From Pseudomonadota bacterium (GTDB lineage Bacteria; Pseudomonadota; Gammaproteobacteria; Xanthomonadales; SZUA-38), in assembly GCA_038747195.1 (NCBI GenBank), contig JBCDKA010000002.1, forward strand, positions 19,616 to 83,615: DNA of 64,000 nt, written 5' to 3'. Below, one piece after another: positions 55,339 to 62,744 of this stretch (its first letter is position 1; each line of letters begins with the position of its first letter). Position numbers and translations under genes: made by a program. The notes under the pieces are model-generated. The model did no database searches. It had not been told where the DNA came from and saw only the letters and a program-made list of their open reading frames with translations.

Positions 55339-57600
55339 CTAGCCGTCGCGGCCGAGAATCTGCCGGAAGCGAGGGGTGTCGCGAAAGGCGGCAAAATCCG
55401 GGTGATGGGTAAAGCGGATGCCGTCATAGCTCGATGGCGTTTGCAGAAGAAAAGCCATTTGATCGAGCGCCTCGTCGACTCGCCCGAGGACCGCCATAAT
55501 CTCCATGAGCTGGTAGCCAACCTCCATCGCGAGCAGCGGATCTTTCTCCGAAGGCATCAGCGCCGCACCTTGCTGTGCGTGCTCAAAGGCGAGCTGTGCC
55601 TCCTCAAGCTCGGCATAAGTCTTGCCCAGCGCCAGATGAATACGAAAGTCTTCTGGGCTTTCCTCAAGCTTCGACACCAGGTGGGTCAGGGCAGACTCCA
55701 GCCGGGTCCTGGCTTCCTCGGGTCGTTGCAGCCGCCTCAGAACCATACCCGCCAGATAGTCGGTTAACACGTAGTGGGCCTGCAGCGGGAAGACGGTTCT
55801 GGGAGAGTTCAGTACCCGGTCCAAAGCGGCCTGCGGGTCACCTTCGTAAAGGTGCTGGTAGAACCACGGATAAACGGTAAAACCCGACCGCGGGTTGGGG
55901 AAGGACTCCAGCATCGCCCGGCCTCCTTCGAGATCACCTTCTTCTCCACGGCACCAGATGGCAAAGAGGCTGAATAGCGGCGCCGTTTCGCTGCCCGGCG
56001 CCAGTTCGCGCGTCCGGCCCAGGAGCCTTATCCCTTCGTCATAGTCATCGAGCAGAACTTGGGTCCAGCCCGTTTCGAGCGTCATCCGGGCGTTGAGCGG
56101 GTCCAGGGTCAACGTCTTTTGCAGCATCTGAAGTGCGGATTTTGTGAGGCCCTGGCGGCGCCAGATGAATCCCATGCGCTGCAGCACCTCGGGGTCGTTA
56201 GGCCGGGAGTCCAGCAACCCTGCGAGAATGTCTTGAGCGCGGTCGTAGTCGCGCAGGCGATAATGATAGTCGGCCTCCAGCAGCATCGTGGCAGGGAGGT
56301 TAGGGGAGAGCGTCTGAGCTTTTTCGATCCGAGACAGGGCCGTGTCCAATCGCTCAGGTGTGAAGTCATAGCCGTTCCAGTAAAGCCCCATATCGGCGCC
56401 CGCCAGTTCCAGCCAGGCTTCGGGAAAGTTTGGGTCGAGTCGCGTGGCCTGCTCCAGGAGCTGATGCGCCTCCCGAAAGCGATCCTCGGAACCATGGCCC
56501 GTGCCGATTCGGTGCCGGCCCTGCAGGTAAGCTTCGAATGCCAGCGCGTTGTGGCTCTCCCAGCGCCTAACCTGCTCCCGTTCTGCCTGGGACAGCGACA
56601 CATTCAGCCCTTCGATCACCTTCGAGGCAATATCGGACTGCATCTTCAGGAGGTCGCTCATCGGTTGATCAAGCTGGCCGCTCCATAGCAACCTGTTGTC
56701 AGACGCCTGCGTCAGTTCGGCGTTGACTCGAACCTGTCGGGCGTCTCCCGATTCATTCGACCAGCGCACGCTCCCCGAGAGCAAATAGTCGGCTCCCACC
56801 GTCTTGGCGAGCTCGTCGGAGGGCACCCCCTGAGCCTCGAGCTGCCGCACGCTGTTGGGGCCAATGACCGACAGAAAGCGGAGTCCAGACAGCCGGCTGT
56901 TCAGCTCGGCCGAGATACCCTCAGAAAAAACGTTGTCTGCCGCTTCGCCGATGTTGGTGAAGCTCAAGATGGCGAGTTTGGGGGTCGGCGCCGTCGACGA
57001 ATCAGGCGCAGGCTCCGGCGTTGTAGCTGCGGGAGAGGCCGAGCTGGGTTCGGCGTCGCGCTGCCAGGGCAAACCGTCAGGCAGCACCTTCCAGATGAGT
57101 ATGCCCACAGCTAGCCCGATGGCGGTAGACCAGGTCAGCTTCTTGCCGGAGGCGGACGTTCGGTTTGCGCCAACCGCTGACGTTGCCGCGGCGGGCGGTG
57201 CATCATCAGGGTCGCCAAGCCGGGCGCGGATCGCGGCGAGCACCTCCTCGATGGCTGCGCGATCTGTCTGCCCATTCCAGCGGGAAAGATCAATACAGTG
57301 AAACTGGCGGAAGCCGATTGGCGGTTCGCTGCCGTCGAGGCTCAAGGCAATGAGTTTGCCGGCGTCCGCAGCTACCGAAGCCTCATCCTTGACCCATCGC
57401 GAGCCGGTAGAGGCGCTGGACCAGGCGACCAGCACGGCACCGGCCGCGCCGAGCTCACGCTCGATATCGGCGGAAAACTCGTCGCCGCCGACCAGCCGCC
57501 GATCCCACCAGATCGAGTAATCGTGCGCCGCCAGCGCTTGCGCCAGCTGTTCGATTCGGTCGCGGTCACTGCGCGCGTAGGAGATGAACAGATCGGCCAA
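55339..57600 (-). CDS. TIR-domain / single-TM / TolB-N-like / TPR protein
   Basis: N-terminal TIR_2-like ADLFISYARSD...YSIWWDRRLVGGDEF...AVLVAWSSASTGSRWVKDEASVA, with the conserved Glu in WVKDE. One TM (WSTAIGLAVGILIWKVL). LAILSFTNIGE...YLLSGSV block, then TPR repeats. Apparent TTG start at 57600 with AGGAAAG upstream. Confidence 0.85.
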   Translation of the reverse strand: MADLFISYARSDRDRIEQLAQALAAHDYSIWWDRRLVGGDEFSADIERELGAAGAVLVAWSSASTGSRWVKDEASVAADAGKLIALSLDGSEPPIGFRQFHCIDLSRWNGQTDRAAIEEVLAAIRARLGDPDDAPPAAATSAVGANRTSASGKKLTWSTAIGLAVGILIWKVLPDGLPWQRDAEPSSASPAATTPEPAPDSSTAPTPKLAILSFTNIGEAADNVFSEGISAELNSRLSGLRFLSVIGPNSVRQLEAQGVPSDELAKTVGADYLLSGSVRWSNESGDARQVRVNAELTQASDNRLLWSGQLDQPMSDLLKMQSDIASKVIEGLNVSLSQAEREQVRRWESHNALAFEAYLQGRHRIGTGHGSEDRFREAHQLLEQATRLDPNFPEAWLELAGADMGLYWNGYDFTPERLDTALSRIEKAQTLSPNLPATMLLEADYHYRLRDYDRAQDILAGLLDSRPNDPEVLQRMGFIWRRQGLTKSALQMLQKTLTLDPLNARMTLETGWTQVLLDDYDEGIRLLGRTRELAPGSETAPLFSLFAIWCRGEEGDLEGGRAMLESFPNPRSGFTVYPWFYQHLYEGDPQAALDRVLNSPRTVFPLQAHYVLTDYLAGMVLRRLQRPEEARTRLESALTHLVSKLEESPEDFRIHLALGKTYAELEEAQLAFEHAQQGAALMPSEKDPLLAMEVGYQLMEIMAVLGRVDEALDQMAFLLQTPSSYDGIRFTHHPDFAAFRDTPRFRQILGRDG

Positions 57601-57786
57601 CGAATATCTTTCCTGTGAGATGGACTTATATTGTAGCGGGTTCGTCCGCGCGTAAGGCCTCTAGCGGCAGCTTTGTCTTGTAGTTCTGCGTGCGGCGGAT
57701 TGATCGGTTCGCTAGACTCTCGTCCTATGCTGATTTTCGGTTTCGCCGATCGCACGATTCGCGAACACGCCGTCAGGGGTCGCGCG

Positions 57787-59472
57787 ATGCCGCTTTGGTG
57801 GGCAGTCGCAGTTGCCGCAGCATTGACGGTCGTGGCGTGCGGTCTCACGCCCCCGGAGGCTCCCGAGACTCCCGGTCAACCCAATTTCCTGGTCATCGTG
57901 GCCGACGACCTGGGCTTTTCTGACCTGGGCCTCATGGGCAGTGAAATCCGCACCCCAAACCTGGACGCGCTGGCCGCAACGGGGACGGTGCTTACCAACT
58001 TTCACGTCGCGCCAACCTGCTCTCCAACCCGCGCTATGCTTCTGACCGGCGTGGACACGCATCCCGCGGGCCTGGGAACCATGAGCGGGGAGCAAAGCGT
58101 GGAACAGATTGGCCAACCGGGTTACGAGGGGGTGATGAGCGATCGGGTGGTCACCGTAGCGACGCTACTGCGCGAGGCTGGGTACCAAACCTATCACGTT
58201 GGCAAATGGCATCTCGGCGCGGAACCAGGGCAGCAGCCCACCGATCGGGGGTTCGAGCGGTCGTTCGGCCCGGCCCGCGGGGGCGCCAGCCACTTCAGCG
58301 ATCAGCTGCGCATGTTCTTTGACGACGAAGAGAACTCCCGGGCGCTCTACCTGGAGGACGGCAAGCCGGTCGAGCGCCTGCCGGAGGATTTCTTTTCCAG
58401 TGAGAGCTACACCGACAAGCTGATCGCTCAGCTGGAAGGCGGCCGGGGCGACGGCCGGCCGTTCTTTGCTTATGCCTCGTACACGGCGCCACACTGGCCC
58501 CTGCAGGTGCCGGACGAATGGCTCGATCGCTACGCTGGCACCTACGACGCGGGCTGGGACACGCTGCGGGCCCGTCGCGTGGCTGCGCTCAGAGATCGTG
58601 GCCTGATTCCAGACAACACCCAGTCGCCCGACCTGGTTGCCTGGGAAGATCCGTGGCATACCCTGACGCCTGTGAAGCAGCGCCACGCCTCACGACGGAT
58701 GGAGCTCTACGCAGCGATGGTCGAAAACCTCGATCATCATATTGGACGGCTGCTGGCCTACCTCACGCAATCCGGCCAGTTCGACAACACGCTCATCGTC
58801 TTTCTCTCCGATAACGGCGCCGAGGGAAACCTGGTCAACCGGATCGCCGCCGACTGGAACTGGGTCGAGCGACGCTTCGACAATCGGCTGGAGAACCTGG
58901 GCCGTCGCGGGTCATACGTGTTTACCGGACCGGGTTGGGCGCAGGCCTCCACCGCGCCGTTTGGCTACTACAAGGCATTCCCCTCTGAAGGCGGTACGCG
59001 AACGCCCGCCATTTTCAGCGGTGTTGGCGTGAATGGCGGCATTACCAGCCAATCGTTTGCTACGGTGAAAGACCTGACGCCTACCTTGCTGGATCTCGCT
59101 GGTGTTCCCAGGCCACGAGGTCTGTTCAACGGCAGAGCGGTAGCGTCAATTGAGGGAAGCAGCCTTGCGCCGCTGCTCTCGGGCGCCACAAACCGGGTGC
59201 ACAATACGGACTATGAAGTGGGCTGGGAGCTGTTCGGACGGCGGGCGATGCGGGTTGGCGACTGGAAAATCCTTTGGCTCTACGAACCCTACGGAGAGGG
59301 CCGGTGGTGGCTATTCGATCTGGCCTCAGATCCCGCGGAAACCAACGACCTCTCCCGGGACCGCCCGGAAAAGCTTGCCGAGATGGTTGCTGCCTGGGAC
59401 CGATACGCAGCGGCTAATCAGGTGGTATTGCCGGCGAGCGACGCCGGCTACGGCCGCGAGGACCCGTGGTAG
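57787..59472 (+). CDS. Arylsulfatase-family lipoprotein
   Basis: Lipobox VVAC from ATG 57787 (track start 57673). FLVIVADDLGFSD and the sulfatase signature CSPTRAMLLTG (C-x-P-x-R). LSDNG, GKWH. Confidence 0.9.
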   Translation: MPLWWAVAVAAALTVVACGLTPPEAPETPGQPNFLVIVADDLGFSDLGLMGSEIRTPNLDALAATGTVLTNFHVAPTCSPTRAMLLTGVDTHPAGLGTMSGEQSVEQIGQPGYEGVMSDRVVTVATLLREAGYQTYHVGKWHLGAEPGQQPTDRGFERSFGPARGGASHFSDQLRMFFDDEENSRALYLEDGKPVERLPEDFFSSESYTDKLIAQLEGGRGDGRPFFAYASYTAPHWPLQVPDEWLDRYAGTYDAGWDTLRARRVAALRDRGLIPDNTQSPDLVAWEDPWHTLTPVKQRHASRRMELYAAMVENLDHHIGRLLAYLTQSGQFDNTLIVFLSDNGAEGNLVNRIAADWNWVERRFDNRLENLGRRGSYVFTGPGWAQASTAPFGYYKAFPSEGGTRTPAIFSGVGVNGGITSQSFATVKDLTPTLLDLAGVPRPRGLFNGRAVASIEGSSLAPLLSGATNRVHNTDYEVGWELFGRRAMRVGDWKILWLYEPYGEGRWWLFDLASDPAETNDLSRDRPEKLAEMVAAWDRYAAANQVVLPASDAGYGREDPW

Positions 59473-59488
59473 GCCGTGTGTGACTTGC

Positions 59489-60409
59489 CTAGGTCCTTGA
59501 ATCAAAAAGCATCTTCCTCGCCAGCACCCGTTCGGTGATCGCATCGGATACGGCGCGGATCCGGGCGCTGTGTTTGAGCTCCTCATGAGTCACCAGCCAT
59601 AGTTCAGAGCGGTGCACGTCCATCTCCGGCAGCACCCGCACCAGGTCCTCGTGCATGCTGGCCCAGCGGCTGGAAAGCACCGCAAGCCCATAGCCGGCTC
59701 GCGCCGCCGACATCTGCGCCGTTGGGCTGTTGGTCGTGAACACCGTTCGCCCGAGGCGCCGAGGGAGCGGCGAATCGTCCGAAAAGGCAATGCTGGTAGA
59801 CCCGTCCGGCAGCACCAGCCCGACAAATTCGTGGCGCTCCAGATCATCGGGACTGTCGACTGGTCCTTTGGTATCCAGGTAGCTGCGCGACCCGTAGAGC
59901 CCAAACGTGACGTCAATCAGGCGGCGCACGATCAGGTCCGGTTGCGTCGGTCGGCCGAGGCGCAGAGCGATGTCCGCTTCGCGGTGCACCAGATCCAGCG
60001 CACGGCTTTCAACCTTAATGTTCAGCACAATATCCGGGTACTCACGGTGAAAATCCGCCAGCTCCGGCGCCAGCCAGTCGGTCCCGATACCTTCGGTGGC
60101 GGTGATGGTCACCTCTCCAGAAAGGCCCCGCGACTCGACATCCACGGCCCGCTCGATGGCGTTCATCTCCCGATCCATTCGCTCCGCGCTTTCCAAGATG
60201 GCGTTGCCGGCGTCGGTCAGCTCCAGCCGCCGGCCGCCACGTACAAAGAGGGTGGCGTCGAGGCGTTGCTCCAGCGACTGGAGGCGTCGCCCGAGCGTGG
60301 GCTGCGACATGCCGACCTGCTCGGCGGCCGCGGACAGGTTCCCGTGACGCGCAATGGCCAGAAAGAGGGCGATGTCAGTCCAACTGTTGATGGCGTCTTT
60401 TTTATTCAT
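59489..60409 (-). CDS. LysR-family transcriptional regulator
   Basis: N-terminal HTH (FLAIARHGNLSAAAEQVGMSQPTLGRRLQSLEQRLDATLFVR) plus a LysR substrate-binding-type C-terminal half. Confidence 0.9.
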   Translation of the reverse strand: MNKKDAINSWTDIALFLAIARHGNLSAAAEQVGMSQPTLGRRLQSLEQRLDATLFVRGGRRLELTDAGNAILESAERMDREMNAIERAVDVESRGLSGEVTITATEGIGTDWLAPELADFHREYPDIVLNIKVESRALDLVHREADIALRLGRPTQPDLIVRRLIDVTFGLYGSRSYLDTKGPVDSPDDLERHEFVGLVLPDGSTSIAFSDDSPLPRRLGRTVFTTNSPTAQMSAARAGYGLAVLSSRWASMHEDLVRVLPEMDVHRSELWLVTHEELKHSARIRAVSDAITERVLARKMLFDSRT

Positions 60410-60434
60410 TAATGAATGATAAATATAAATTTAT
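60404..60434. promoter_or_regulatory. AT-rich dyads in the LysR divergent promoter region
   Basis: ATTCATTAATGAAT is a perfect 14-bp palindrome (60404..60417) overlapping the LysR ATG. ATAAAT-ATAA-ATTTAT lies at 60419..60434. Both sit in an AT-rich island between divergent genes. Confidence 0.45.
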
Positions 60435-60496
60435 GACATTGCTATGCTTTGGCGAATATTTAAACTGAGCTCATCCACCCACTGAGGAACAGAGAG

Positions 60497-60970
60497 ATGA
60501 CCTCGAAACTACAAACCATCGCCGCTGCTTTCGCCATGCTCACCGCCGTCAACGCGGCGCAGGGTGAGGGGTTGGGAGCCCATCCGCCCATGTTTCTGGT
60601 GCAGGCGGAATACGCGCTGGAGGCGGGTGACACGACCCGCGCGATCGAACTGCTGAACAGGCGGTACAAGCGACTGCGCAATCCCGCCTACCGCGTCCGG
60701 GGCTTGGCCGTGCTCTGCAGCGCCCACCTTCAGGACGAGGACTTCGAGCGGGCGTTCCGCCCCTGCGAAAGCGCGACCGAAATGCAGCAAGCGGGCTGGA
60801 GTGATTTCAACAACCGGGGCGTGCTCGAGCTGCATCTCGGCCGCTTTGATGAGGCGCTGGCTTCGTTTGAGCGGGCTCGGCAGATGAATCCCGAATCCGA
60901 ATCGGTGCTGAACAATCTGGCGCGCACCCGCGCCATCCGGGACAACGCGCTGGTGTCTTCATCCCAATAG
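60497..60970 (+). CDS. Small exported TPR-repeat protein
   Basis: Signal peptide (AAAFAMLTAVNAAQG). TPR-like helices (AEYALEAGDTTRAIELL, NNRGVLELHLGRFDEALASFERARQMNP). Confidence 0.7.
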   Translation: MTSKLQTIAAAFAMLTAVNAAQGEGLGAHPPMFLVQAEYALEAGDTTRAIELLNRRYKRLRNPAYRVRGLAVLCSAHLQDEDFERAFRPCESATEMQQAGWSDFNNRGVLELHLGRFDEALASFERARQMNPESESVLNNLARTRAIRDNALVSSSQ

Positions 60971-60993
60971 CCGTTCACGCCCCCACCTGATGA

Positions 60994-61023
60994 GAGCCGC
61001 CCCCGGGCGGCTCTTTGCTTTTT
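60994..61023 (+). terminator. Rho-independent terminator after the TPR gene
   Basis: AGAGCCGC-CCCCGG-GCGGCTCT GC-rich hairpin followed by TTTGCTTTTT, 24 nt after the stop. Confidence 0.6.
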
Positions 61024-61174
61024 GGCTCCGGGAACCGTTAGCGGTGGTGGCCGAAACCTTTCGACGTTTTCCGTCGACGCGAGCCCGCGCAAAACTTCCT
61101 GAGGAGAAATTCCTTCCGCACCGTTAGTTAAGCAGCCAAGAGGCTCAACTGACGACATGTAACGGGAGGTACCA

Positions 61175-62599
61175 ATGTCATCTTGTCCTGTACAACATCA
61201 TGGAATGACCAAAGCCAAAGGCTGTAGCCACGCACGTCTAGGCAACTTCGGCAAGCTGTTTCCCAAGCTCACGCCGCTGAGTTTGAGCGAAGAGCAGGCC
61301 TCGCTGCTCGGCGGGCTCAACTCGCCGATGCACGACATCGGCAATCAGTCGCCTGACAGCAAGCTGCCCGCGGGTTACACCTTTTTTGCGCAGTTTGTCG
61401 ATCACGACATCACGCTGGATACCACCTCGGACCTGCACGGCGCGCCGCTTTCCACCGGCGCAATCATCAAGCTGCCCAATCTGCGAACGCCGACGCTGGA
61501 CCTGGATTGTGTGTATGGCTTCGGCCCCGAGGCGAGTCCGCATCTGTATGCCGGCGCCACGGCACCCGGACGGCTGCTCGAGGGCAGCGCGGGAAATCCG
61601 GACGACGTTCCGCGCAACGAGTCCGGAACCGCACTCATCGGGGATCCGCGCAACGACGAAAACTTGTTTGTATCGCAGATGCAGCTGCTGTTCATTCGGT
61701 TCCACAACCGGATCTATGACTCGCTGGTAGCGAGCGTCCCGCTGGGCGAGCGTTTCGAAGAGGCTCAGAAAATAGCTCGGTACCACTACCAGTATCTTGT
61801 GGTGCACGACTTCCTGCGCCGGATCTGCGACCCGAAGATCTTCGAGTTTGCGCTGAAGAAGGTCGCTGATCATCACTACCCGCTGGTCTACGCGGCGGAC
61901 AAACACGGCAACCTGCCCATGCCGGTGGAGTTCAGCGTGGCGGCGTACCGCTTTGGCCACACCACGGTGCGCTCAACCTACGCTGCTAACAGCCAGTTTC
62001 CCGACGTGGATCTGTTTGACGAACGCTTCGGCACCACCGGATTTTCGACGCTGCCGCCGGAGCTGACGGTGGATTGGCGATTCCTGCTGCCCGTGGACAA
62101 ATGTTTGTCGCCACTGCTGGCGAAGCGGTTCGACATTCTGTTCCCCGAAGAGCTGATCGCCATGCCCGACCCGATTGTTGGTCGTGGGGCCAGCAGCAAC
62201 GAGCGGTCGTTGGCCTTCCGCAATCTGCTGCGGGGCAACGCGCTGGCGCTTCCCTGCGGTCAGGCCGTGGCGGGTGCGCTGAAGGACGCCGGCTATCCGA
62301 TCAGCGTGAACTTCACCCCGCTGAAGCTGGCTGAGGTCATCCCGGCGGATCCTGCGACCCAGCCGCTGGTCGACGAGACCCCGCTGTTTTTCTACCTGAT
62401 GCGCGAAGCCGGCACGCTCGGCAAGGGCGAGCGGCTCGGCCCGACCGGTTCGGCGATTCTGCTGGAAGTATTTCTTGGCGGGCTGCTGCATTGCGAGGAC
62501 AGCGTTCTCAAAGACCCGGACTGGAAGCCCGACCCGTGTATCGCCGGGCCTGGCAAAACGTTCGAGCTCGCAGACGTCGTGCGTTACGTGGGGGCCTAG
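61175..62599 (+). CDS. Animal-haem-peroxidase / cyclooxygenase superfamily protein (short bacterial form)
   Basis: FFAQFVDHDITLD (distal His motif), GDPRNDENLFVSQMQLLFIRFHN, AAYRFGHTTV (proximal His motif). No signal peptide. GGGAGG lies 6 nt before the ATG. Confidence 0.8.
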   Translation: MSSCPVQHHGMTKAKGCSHARLGNFGKLFPKLTPLSLSEEQASLLGGLNSPMHDIGNQSPDSKLPAGYTFFAQFVDHDITLDTTSDLHGAPLSTGAIIKLPNLRTPTLDLDCVYGFGPEASPHLYAGATAPGRLLEGSAGNPDDVPRNESGTALIGDPRNDENLFVSQMQLLFIRFHNRIYDSLVASVPLGERFEEAQKIARYHYQYLVVHDFLRRICDPKIFEFALKKVADHHYPLVYAADKHGNLPMPVEFSVAAYRFGHTTVRSTYAANSQFPDVDLFDERFGTTGFSTLPPELTVDWRFLLPVDKCLSPLLAKRFDILFPEELIAMPDPIVGRGASSNERSLAFRNLLRGNALALPCGQAVAGALKDAGYPISVNFTPLKLAEVIPADPATQPLVDETPLFFYLMREAGTLGKGERLGPTGSAILLEVFLGGLLHCEDSVLKDPDWKPDPCIAGPGKTFELADVVRYVGA

Positions 62600-62669
62600 C
62601 TTTGTGAGGTTTGCGGACCGTTGCCGCGGAGACCGGGAGGGTTTCTGTTGGCAGCGGGCCGCCTACACT

Positions 62670-62730
62670 CCCCGGGTCTGCCATGTTTTTTGACCCCCCA
62701 GGTTGTCTGGCAGTCCCGGGGTTCTTTTTT
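62670..62730. terminator. Long hairpin plus T-tract between convergent genes
   Basis: CCCCGGGTCTGCCA (62670..62683) pairs with TGGCAGTCCCGGGG (62708..62721), one mismatch, followed by TTCTTTTTT. Confidence 0.5.
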
Positions 62731-62744
62731 GACCGCTTGGACGA

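Noticed and set aside
59612-60412. 266-aa plus-strand ORF opposite the LysR gene; likewise 46136..46858, 47195..47896, 61238..61960, 44329..45012, 36076..36747
   Set aside because: All are antisense to genes with clear family motifs and are Arg/His/Gln-rich. They are treated as shadow ORFs.
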